Below are positions 8,880 to 15,312 of a stretch of 15,464 nt of DNA, piece after piece. The translations under genes were made by a program, and so were the position numbers. Each line of letters starts with the position of its first letter. Position 1 is the first letter of the stretch. Origin of the DNA: a bacterium (GTDB lineage: Bacteria; Patescibacteriota; Patescibacteriia; UBA1558; S5-K13); the NCBI GenBank assembly GCA_029555085.1, contig JAKPTO010000010.1, positions 1 through 15,464 on the forward strand, written 5' to 3'. Under the pieces are notes generated by a model. That model saw only the letters and a program-made list of their open reading frames with translations, was not told the DNA's origin and searched no databases.

Positions 8880-9242
8880 ATGATTACTGAAAAAATAATC
8901 GACAAACTCATAGAAAAAACAAGAAATAATCAATACATTTGGTATTATATTCCTTGTGAAAAGAAATTTCGACTCTCTTTGAAAAATGGTATATTATATA
9001 TGTCTTCTCGTTTAATTGATTCGTTAGAAAACACAAAATTCAATCATATATTACAAATTGAAATAGTACAAATTAAGTTAGAAATATATAATAACAATTA
9101 TAAGCCTGAAAAACTTATAGATGTAATAAAAGCCAAACATGAAAATTCTAACCTTAATATTTTATATGATCTTGTAGAAAAACAAACACAAAAATATATT
9201 GATGAAGAACTTCAAAAAATACAAAATGAAATCGATGAATAA
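8880..9242 (+). CDS. hypothetical protein, paralogue of 8514-8858
   Basis: KIIDKLIEKTRNNQYIW and NLNILYDLV..IDEELQKIQNEI. Confidence 0.75.
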   Translation: MITEKIIDKLIEKTRNNQYIWYYIPCEKKFRLSLKNGILYMSSRLIDSLENTKFNHILQIEIVQIKLEIYNNNYKPEKLIDVIKAKHENSNLNILYDLVEKQTQKYIDEELQKIQNEIDE

Positions 9243-9486
9243 ATTTTTTTTTCAGAACAAAAGAAACACGAGAAGTTTGTTAATTTGGTTATCTTTTATT
9301 GTACTAATATCAGGTATTATATTAATACTTTATCCTATAATAAGTGAAATTAAATCTTTTGTCGCTCTATTTTTCTTGGGTTTTGGTGCCGGATTCTTTG
9401 GTGCTAAAATTTACTTTCCTTTACTATATAAATTAAAAAGAAAAAAACGTCAAAAGAATTTTATAGATAGTATTAATAAAAATTAA
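9235..9486 (+). CDS. two-TM membrane protein with basic C-tail
   Basis: In-frame ATG at 9235; two hydrophobic stretches followed by KLKRKKRQK. Confidence 0.7.
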   Translation: MNKFFFQNKRNTRSLLIWLSFIVLISGIILILYPIISEIKSFVALFFLGFGAGFFGAKIYFPLLYKLKRKKRQKNFIDSINKN

Positions 9487-9490
9487 AATC

Positions 9491-10198
9491 ATGAGAAAAA
9501 TTTTTGTTACTTATGAATTGGCGGAAAAATTAAAAGTTATTGGTTTTAACGAATCATGCATTTTCAGTTATGACAAAGATAAACAACCGAGACATAATCT
9601 ATTTTATTCCGAGGGTTTATTATCACTTGATTGGTCTAAAGATAGCCCAAATTTATTAGCCCCATTATGGGAACAAGTTGCTACTTGGCTCAGAAATGAA
9701 TATCAAATCACAGTGATTGTTGGATTTTCATTAAAATTAAAAAAATGGGACGCACATTCAAGTGACTTAAAATTATATGGTATTGAATATATCAAACAAT
9801 ATATGTGGAAGGAATTATATGACCAGCCAAAATTCGACACATATGAAGAAGCCCTAGAATACGGAATTACAGAATGTATAAATAAAATCTGGAAAAAATA
9901 TACATATATACCCGATCCAACTAGTAACACATCCGATATAACCAAGTCAAAAATGTTTGAATTTATTAAAAAATCAACACCAGATCTTGTCTCTGTTATA
10001 GATATGAAACTAATTGGTTTTGGTGAAAGTAGTGAGGAAATAAATAGTCATTATCTGGTTAAATGTATTGTCGATGGTATCGATTTTACAAATCCATTCG
10101 AAAATCGTGACTTACAGTCAATCGAAAGAACTTGCCGGGTCGATGCTTTAACATTTCAAAACTGGTTAAAAAACGAATTAACAATTAAATGGATTTAA
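9491..10198 (+). CDS. hypothetical phage protein (FVTYELAEKLK..GF / APLWEQVATWLR / TYEEALE family) with C-terminal extension
   Basis: Motif pattern recalled from Bacteroidota phage hypothetical proteins; function unknown. Confidence 0.8.
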   Translation: MRKIFVTYELAEKLKVIGFNESCIFSYDKDKQPRHNLFYSEGLLSLDWSKDSPNLLAPLWEQVATWLRNEYQITVIVGFSLKLKKWDAHSSDLKLYGIEYIKQYMWKELYDQPKFDTYEEALEYGITECINKIWKKYTYIPDPTSNTSDITKSKMFEFIKKSTPDLVSVIDMKLIGFGESSEEINSHYLVKCIVDGIDFTNPFENRDLQSIERTCRVDALTFQNWLKNELTIKWI

Positions 10199-10199
10199 A

Positions 10200-10370
10200 A
10201 TGTGGAGAAAAATATTATTCGTTTTATTAATACCCGTATTTGTTGTGTTTTATTTTTTGTGGACAATTTTATCACCAATATTTTTATTAATCTTTAACTG
10301 GAATTATATAGATTTTTTCTATTTTGTTTTAAAAAAATATCTTAATTTAATTAATGTAACAATCGAATAA
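10200..10370 (+). CDS. small hydrophobic membrane protein, 56 aa
   Basis: Manual translation MWRKILFVLLIPVFVVFYFLWTILSPIFLLIFNWNYIDFF...; starts 1 nt after the previous stop. Confidence 0.6.
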   Translation: MWRKILFVLLIPVFVVFYFLWTILSPIFLLIFNWNYIDFFYFVLKKYLNLINVTIE

Positions 10371-10388
10371 AATATATTAAAGATATTA

Positions 10389-10874
10389 ATGAATAAAGAA
10401 GAAATAAAAATAGGTAATGAAAAAATAGCCAATTTCTTGGGGTGGTATCAAGACGAATCAGAAAGTATAAATTTATATTTTCAAAAAACAGACACAACAA
10501 AAAAATGTGTGTTTGATATTTTATCATCACCAACTCATGATTTACCATTTCATAGAGACTGGCATTATATATTTCGAGCTGTGGAAAAAATTGAAAATAT
10601 GGGATTTAGCGTTACCACAACAAACAATAATCACGATGGTGAAATTATGTTAGAAAAGGTAGATATTGGTTATGAAATGGACAGTGATTTTTATACTCAA
10701 ATATCAGGACAAATTAACGAACCCAATAGAGGTGTCCGGTCTTTTCGAATAGAAAGAGTTGATTTTGGAAACAGACTTGAAGCTCTTTGGAAAACAATTG
10801 TCACATTCCTCAATTATTATCAAGATGATAGTGTTAGATATGTTACAATAACAATTAATCAATATTTTGAATAA
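10389..10874 (+). CDS. hypothetical phage protein, possibly phage ABA-sandwich-like
   Basis: NEKIANFLGW...LPFHRDWHYIFRAVEKIE pattern; the domain assignment is tentative. Confidence 0.75.
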   Translation: MNKEEIKIGNEKIANFLGWYQDESESINLYFQKTDTTKKCVFDILSSPTHDLPFHRDWHYIFRAVEKIENMGFSVTTTNNNHDGEIMLEKVDIGYEMDSDFYTQISGQINEPNRGVRSFRIERVDFGNRLEALWKTIVTFLNYYQDDSVRYVTITINQYFE

Positions 10875-11302
10875 TGAAATATCCACTTAAATTCAAAGAC
10901 ATTGGTTTGTCATCACATGTATATCTGTCTCAAGAAAAAGGTCTGGAATACATAAAAAAATGGATGACCATTACAATGAATAAAATTTATGAACAACAAG
11001 GACAATTGGATTATTTCTTGTTCTTTATCAACGATAAATTACAAATACATCTTGAAATTATACCACCTCAACAACTTTCCACACCTGAAGGTAAAGAAGA
11101 AATAAGAAAAAAAATAAAAATAATTTGTTCTTATCAAAATGTCATCGCCGGCGGAATAAATGATTTTTTAAATTATAACAAGAAAAATAAAAATAAACAA
11201 CCTGTTATTATATCAATATTTTCGACTGCAACCAAAACCACCTTGGGTAACACACTCAATGATACTACAATTAATAAAATGTTTTCAAGTTTATTTGAAT
11301 AG
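10874..11302 (+). CDS. hypothetical protein, paralogue of 11327-11854
   Basis: IP..LSTPEGK, IAGG, IFST, FSSLFE; ends in triple stop TAG TGA TAA. Confidence 0.75.
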   Translation: MKYPLKFKDIGLSSHVYLSQEKGLEYIKKWMTITMNKIYEQQGQLDYFLFFINDKLQIHLEIIPPQQLSTPEGKEEIRKKIKIICSYQNVIAGGINDFLNYNKKNKNKQPVIISIFSTATKTTLGNTLNDTTINKMFSSLFE

Positions 11303-11326
11303 TGATAATTGAAAAATATATAAGAC

Positions 11327-11854
11327 ATGAATGAAATTCCAGATCTCGAAAATTTAAGACAAGAATTACTTACTTTTCCAACAACAGAAGATGCGTTGAA
11401 TTATTTGAAAAAGAAACTAATTTGCACCATCACGTCATTCTTTAAAAAACATGGTCCATTACCTTCAATGGTGTTTTTCGTCACTAGTGACTTATATCCG
11501 GAATTTATATTGATTCCCAGCATTGGACTTGAAACACCTGAAGGTAAAACAGCATTAAAATATACAATATTAGATATGTGTAAAGACCCAAAAATCATTG
11601 CTGCAGGAATGATTGTTAATGGTAGTGCGAAAATATTAAAGAATGAAAAAAATGATGAGACACAAAAAAATGATTTTGAAGATACACAAGATATAATCAT
11701 GTTAATTTTTTCAACACCAAGTAATGAAGAAGCAATTACATATTATGTTAATTCTGAAACCAAAACTATTTTGGGAAAAACATCATTTACCAACGTTCAA
11801 TGTGGTGGAAAATTTTCAAATTTTTTTGAATTGAGAAAAGCAACTATGAATTAA
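11327..11854 (+). CDS. hypothetical protein, paralogue of 10874-11302
   Basis: IP..LETPEGK, IAAG, IFST, FSNFFE; shared 15-mer ACACCTGAAGGTAAA at 11081 and 11534. Confidence 0.8.
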   Translation: MNEIPDLENLRQELLTFPTTEDALNYLKKKLICTITSFFKKHGPLPSMVFFVTSDLYPEFILIPSIGLETPEGKTALKYTILDMCKDPKIIAAGMIVNGSAKILKNEKNDETQKNDFEDTQDIIMLIFSTPSNEEAITYYVNSETKTILGKTSFTNVQCGGKFSNFFELRKATMN

Positions 11855-11899
11855 AAAAAATATATTAAACACAAACAATGTTTAAAAAATTTAAAAATA

Positions 11900-12183
11900 A
11901 TGGAAAAAACAGTTGAAATTAATGTACCAGATGGTTATGAAATTGACAAAGAAAAGTCGACTTTCGAAAAAATAGTATTTAAGGCTATTGAGCAAAATCT
12001 TCCAGAATGCTGGGAGGATTTGAAAAGTATTGAAGGATATTATATGGAAATAATATAGATACTGTTGTTATATTTTCTATAAGACACACTCTTGCCTTTA
12101 AATCTCCCGAACTCAGAGATAAATTCATTTCCTATCCTAAGATTAGAGAACTTATTATAAAGGCAATACCATTATTGGGATAA
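11900..12183 (+). pseudogene. frameshifted, probably internally deleted Bacteroidota phage hypothetical gene
   Basis: 11900-12058 encodes MEKTVEINVPDGYEIDKEKSTFEKIVFK..LPECWEDL then TAG. The -1 frame (12034-12183) encodes ..HTLAFKSPELRDKF..RELIIKAIPLLG, which I recall as the C-terminus of the same family. Confidence 0.6.
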
Positions 12184-12208
12184 AATGTAATTTTAAATAA
12201 TATAAAAA

Positions 12209-13636
12209 ATGAGCATACCTCTTACTCGTAAAATCAAATTATCGGTATACGTTCCAAATACCATTACAGAAGAAAAAGAAAGACACGAATACAAAACATT
12301 TGTGTGGCAACTTTTGAGAAAGGTAAATCAACAAAACTATGAATTTCATAACCTATTGGTAAAGAAACTTATTGAACTTGATTCCGTTCTCGAAGGACGG
12401 CTTACCGAAGACGATAATTTCATCGAAATTCGCAACCGTTATTACTCAGATAGAAAAGATAAAAAAAATCAACGGGAGTTTTTTGATTATATCAGAATGA
12501 AAAAAGATGAATTGATTAAAGAATTTGGTGGAAAAAATCTACATGGGTACATTTATACCTATTTGAAAAATTATATTAAATCCCTTCCAGAAGAACAACA
12601 ATTCATGGCATCATATACTTATGGATCCATTTCAAAAAATGTTGTCGACAAATACACTAACGATCAGTTCGATGTGTTTAGAGGTGTAAAAACTATTGCT
12701 ACGTATAAAAATACACAACCGATACCAATTAACATTATAGGACATGTCAAAAAAAATGAAAAAGGTGAGTTATATAAAAACACCGGAAAAGAATGGTTTA
12801 ACAAATATGATGACATTTATACATTCAAATTTAAATCAATTAAAAAACACGAAATTGAATTACAACTTAATTTTGGAAAAGACAGATCAAATAATCGAAT
12901 AATTGTCGATAGAATTTATAATAACGATCCAAATTATAAAATTTGTGATTCAAAAATCCAAGTCGTTGGAACAGAAATTTTTCTGTTACTAGTGTTTAAA
13001 CAATTTGTAACAAAACGAGAATTAGGTCTTGATGTTAGAAAAGTAATTGGAGTTGATTTGGGTGTAAAAAATGTGGCTACAATAGCAACAAATTTCTCTG
13101 ATCACATAGAAATAATTGGCGAAGGTGAGTTTGTTTTGATGAGAACTAAATTACAAATTGAAAAACAAAAAAGATCTATACAAAGAAATTCAAAGTATTC
13201 TAGAGGTGGACATGGAAGAAATAGAAAATTACAGAAATTAAACGAATACAGAAATTATGAACGTAATTTTCGTTCAACATTTAATCATAAAATATCGAAA
13301 GATGTTATTGAAATTGCAATAAAACATGGGGCTGGACAAATTAATATTGAAGATCTATCTTCTATTCCATTAAAAGAAAAAAATAACAGAATACTTAGAT
13401 TTTGGTCATATTATGACTTAATACAAAAAATTATATATAAAGCTAAACGAGAAGGTATAATTGTTAATTTGATTAATCCCAGTTATACCTCACAAAAATG
13501 CCATCAATGTGGTCAAATCGGAAACAGGCCAAAACAAGACACATTTTTATGTACCAATCCCACATGTAAAGCATTCAATGAACCAATTAATGCCGATGTT
13601 AATGCCGCCAAAAATATTGCTAAAATATCACTATAA
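12209..13636 (+). CDS. cas12f: Cas12f/TnpB-family RNA-guided RuvC endonuclease (type V-F-like), catalytic triad intact, 475 aa
   Basis: RuvC-I VIGVDLG (D283), RuvC-II INIEDL (E381), Zn ribbon C431/C434/C448/C453, RuvC-III NADVNAAKNIA (D463). RGGHGR, NHKIS, WSYYDL-QKIIYKA and YTSQKC closely follow AsCas12f1 as I recall it. A tracr/repeat region lies downstream. Confidence 0.85.
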   Translation: MSIPLTRKIKLSVYVPNTITEEKERHEYKTFVWQLLRKVNQQNYEFHNLLVKKLIELDSVLEGRLTEDDNFIEIRNRYYSDRKDKKNQREFFDYIRMKKDELIKEFGGKNLHGYIYTYLKNYIKSLPEEQQFMASYTYGSISKNVVDKYTNDQFDVFRGVKTIATYKNTQPIPINIIGHVKKNEKGELYKNTGKEWFNKYDDIYTFKFKSIKKHEIELQLNFGKDRSNNRIIVDRIYNNDPNYKICDSKIQVVGTEIFLLLVFKQFVTKRELGLDVRKVIGVDLGVKNVATIATNFSDHIEIIGEGEFVLMRTKLQIEKQKRSIQRNSKYSRGGHGRNRKLQKLNEYRNYERNFRSTFNHKISKDVIEIAIKHGAGQINIEDLSSIPLKEKNNRILRFWSYYDLIQKIIYKAKREGIIVNLINPSYTSQKCHQCGQIGNRPKQDTFLCTNPTCKAFNEPINADVNAAKNIAKISL

Positions 13637-13639
13637 AAA

Positions 13640-13671
13640 TTTGGTTTTTATGATATTTTTTCTTATATTTG
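13640..13671 (+). promoter_or_regulatory. Bacteroidota sigma-A promoter driving the guide-RNA region
   Basis: TTTG 13640-13643, 20-nt spacer, TATATTTG 13664-13671; directly after the nuclease stop and followed by non-coding DNA. Confidence 0.75.
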
Positions 13672-13677
13672 TACAAA

Positions 13678-13816
13678 AGTTCTTTGATATATTGGAAATT
13701 ACCTTTTTAATAGGTAATTGGGGCGGTTGTGCGTCCATAAAGTTGAGGGAGTGTCCTAAGAAATTAAAATCGAACAAAGACACATATAACCACTCACTAA
13801 GTACCCTTTTTTTATT
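13678..13816 (+). ncRNA. putative tracrRNA/scaffold for the Cas12f-like nuclease
   Basis: Hairpin AATTACCT/AGGTAATT (13697-13719). Hairpin GGGCG/CGTCC with loop GTTGTG (13726-13731) complementary to the repeat end CACAAC. Stem TGAG-GG-GTGTC/GACAC-CC-CTCA (13744-13796). Anti-repeat TACCCTTTTTTTATT (13802-13816). Confidence 0.7.
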
Positions 13817-13866
13817 TAAAAATTTTCGAACAACAGCCACAAAATCACGTGTTTATTCATCGGTAT

Positions 13867-13922
13867 GTTGGGGATGATAACAAAAATCTGGGTATACACA
13901 ACAACACATTGGTTCATCCACG
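13867..13922 (+). CRISPR. single 36-nt CRISPR-type repeat (13867-13902) plus candidate ~20-nt guide (13903-13922)
   Basis: GTTGGGGATGATAACAAAAATCTGGGTATACACAAC has GTTG...CAAC termini and pairs with two tracr segments. It is followed by AACACATTGGTTCATCCACG and a short T-run. Only one full copy exists, so it is not a conventional array. Confidence 0.6.
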
Positions 13923-13968
13923 TATTTTTAAATAATAATGAATTGTATCATAATAAAATTGACAAAAA

Positions 13969-14115
13969 ATGAAAGTATATCAATTATCTAAAATCAATGG
14001 CTATTATTGGTGGACAGGGACATCAATACTAACCACAATACCAGAAGAAAATTATGAATATAAATGGACTTCTGATTTTAAATTTGTTGAACAATTAAAT
14101 GGAAAGAAAATATGA
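13969..14115 (+). CDS. small hypothetical protein, 48 aa
   Basis: Manual translation MKVYQLSKINGYYWWTGTSILTTIPEENYEYKWTSDFKFVEQLNGKKI; ATGA overlap with the next gene. Confidence 0.55.
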   Translation: MKVYQLSKINGYYWWTGTSILTTIPEENYEYKWTSDFKFVEQLNGKKI

Positions 14116-14318
14116 AAGTATATGTAGTTTATCAAGAAAATGGATTTGGTGGTTCAGAAGTTGCTGAAATATTTTCATCACGGAATATAGCAAGAGAATA
14201 TGTTATTGATGAAATATTTGGCAAAAATCAAGCGTATAAAAACAAGACAGAAAACGTATTAAATAATTGTGCCGACCAGTTTATTCACGAACACGATGTT
14301 CTTTTTAATTGGCGGTAA
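14112..14318 (+). CDS. hypothetical protein, 68 aa
   Basis: ORF track. Its TAA stop lies in the TAAC of the adjacent attC-like site. Confidence 0.7.
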   Translation: MKVYVVYQENGFGGSEVAEIFSSRNIAREYVIDEIFGKNQAYKNKTENVLNNCADQFIHEHDVLFNWR

Positions 14319-14410
14319 CGATCCGGTGCTATGAGAAGGCCGGGAATTTGAAATACTTACTTGTCAACGAAGCGCAAACACCCGGCTTTTTTATAGCACG
14401 TGTTAACGCC
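14311..14410 (+). repeat. attC-like hairpin site 1
   Basis: TAAC 14316-14319 ... 19-bp arms 14326-14344 / 14381-14399 (G:T wobbles) ... GTTAACG 14402-14408. Confidence 0.75.
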
Positions 14411-14448
14411 TGTTTTTCATTGCCTTTCTTATTTAGAATCAAAACAAA

Positions 14449-14515
14449 TTACAACGATTGTTGTAAAATAGTTGTCAAAACATTTGGAAGTAATACAACA
14501 AATGTTGTATCTTTG
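14449..14515 (+). promoter_or_regulatory. promoter with two palindromic operators TACAAC-N4-GTTGTA
   Basis: TTTG 14483-14486, 21-nt spacer, TATCTTTG 14508-14515. Operators at 14450-14465 and 14494-14509; the second overlaps the spacer and -7 box. Confidence 0.75.
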
Positions 14516-14545
14516 GTGTATACAAAAACACTAAAAATAAACAAA

Positions 14546-14932
14546 ATGAAAGCACTTCAAATTATCAACAAATCAAGCGTAGAAGTAGAAAAAATGTATT
14601 GGACACCAAATCAGTATGATGTGACAATTAAAAACTCAAACGGAGTTCATGTTTTTGGTGTTAAATTAACATCAGAAGGAACATTTGAACTTTTTAACTA
14701 TCAGTTTAGCGAAGCAAATCAATTGTTAGTTGATAGTATTAAACCATTTATTTTATTTGAAATAGTTGACGTTGAATCATGCAATGAAATGCAGATTGCA
14801 TTCCCTACAGAAAAATTAAACAATGTAAAATCATTGGAAGATATGATTTTTGATTCTAAATCAGAATGGGTTAATGCAGGTTGCCCAGTTAGTACTTTTG
14901 CTGAAGAACAATATAGCGATAGAAATTATTAA
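14546..14932 (+). CDS. hypothetical protein, 128 aa (MKALQIINK...)
   Basis: In-frame ATG at 14546 after the promoter and an A-rich leader. The ORF-track extension to 14309 runs through the hairpin and promoter. Confidence 0.75.
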   Translation: MKALQIINKSSVEVEKMYWTPNQYDVTIKNSNGVHVFGVKLTSEGTFELFNYQFSEANQLLVDSIKPFILFEIVDVESCNEMQIAFPTEKLNNVKSLEDMIFDSKSEWVNAGCPVSTFAEEQYSDRNY

Positions 14933-14934
14933 TC

Positions 14935-15300
14935 ATGAAAAAACAAAATTACCATGAAGCTGAATTGGGCAAAGTGCCTGATTCAGTTAAAAACATCGAG
15001 TTTAAAGGAACTGTTATTGATGCTTCGGACTGCAAAGAAAAAAAGATTGCTGATATTTTATCAGGTAAGCATGATAATGACTTTATCGACAAAGAGAAAT
15101 TCCAAAGAAACTCTTATTATTTAGCGTATCACAAGGCTACTGAAATGCTCAACTGGGCAGAATTAAGTAGAACGCTTGCCGGTGATCGCTCGTCGATAAC
15201 AAAAGAGCGCATTCCTCAAAAGCATATTCAAAAAATTGACGAATTACGAAAATTAATGTCAGCGTGGATTTTAGAAAATGATCCGCAATTCAATCGCTAA
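14935..15300 (+). CDS. putative HTH-like DNA-binding protein, 121 aa
   Basis: C-terminal LNWAELSRTLAGDRSSIT looks like a helix-turn-helix; starts 2 nt after the upstream stop. Confidence 0.65.
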   Translation: MKKQNYHEAELGKVPDSVKNIEFKGTVIDASDCKEKKIADILSGKHDNDFIDKEKFQRNSYYLAYHKATEMLNWAELSRTLAGDRSSITKERIPQKHIQKIDELRKLMSAWILENDPQFNR

Positions 15301-15312
15301 CGCTGCGCCCTT

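Noticed and set aside
10899-10921. ACATTGGTT match between the candidate guide and the 10874 gene (self-target?)
   Set aside because: Only 9 contiguous nt match before diverging, which is expected by chance in AT-rich DNA.
246-11700. Minus-strand and nested ORFs (246, 3190, 3552, 3706, 4637, 6530, 7117, 9703, 10351, 10704, 11401)
   Set aside because: Shadow frames of better + strand genes in a uniformly co-oriented region.
5003-12058. TAG stop-codon reassignment as the explanation for the two short TAG-terminated frames
   Set aside because: TAG read-through reaches TAA without restoring the downstream coding frames, and other genes are intact under the standard code.
13509-13877. ORF-track ORFs 13509-13877 (+) and 13631-13840 (-)
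   Set aside because: They overlap the nuclease C-terminus, promoter and structured tracr-like region, and have no protein-like features.
12184-13930. IS200/IS605 or IS607 transposon call for the nuclease locus
   Set aside because: No TnpA/resolvase and no evident left-end hairpin in the 25-nt upstream gap. The RNA has its own promoter and a repeat/anti-repeat organisation.
14086-14100. GTTGAACAATTAAAT as the left boundary of a cassette ending at hairpin site 1
   Set aside because: The expected sequence is GTTACCGCCAATTAAA. The match is partial, needs a gap and lies inside a likely CDS.
13800-14110. Conventional multi-repeat CRISPR array
   Set aside because: Only one full repeat copy was found by eye; no periodic repeats follow it.
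14309-14545. N-terminal 79-codon extension of the 207-aa ORF
   Set aside because: It runs through the hairpin, operators and promoter. ATG 14546 has the proper leader.
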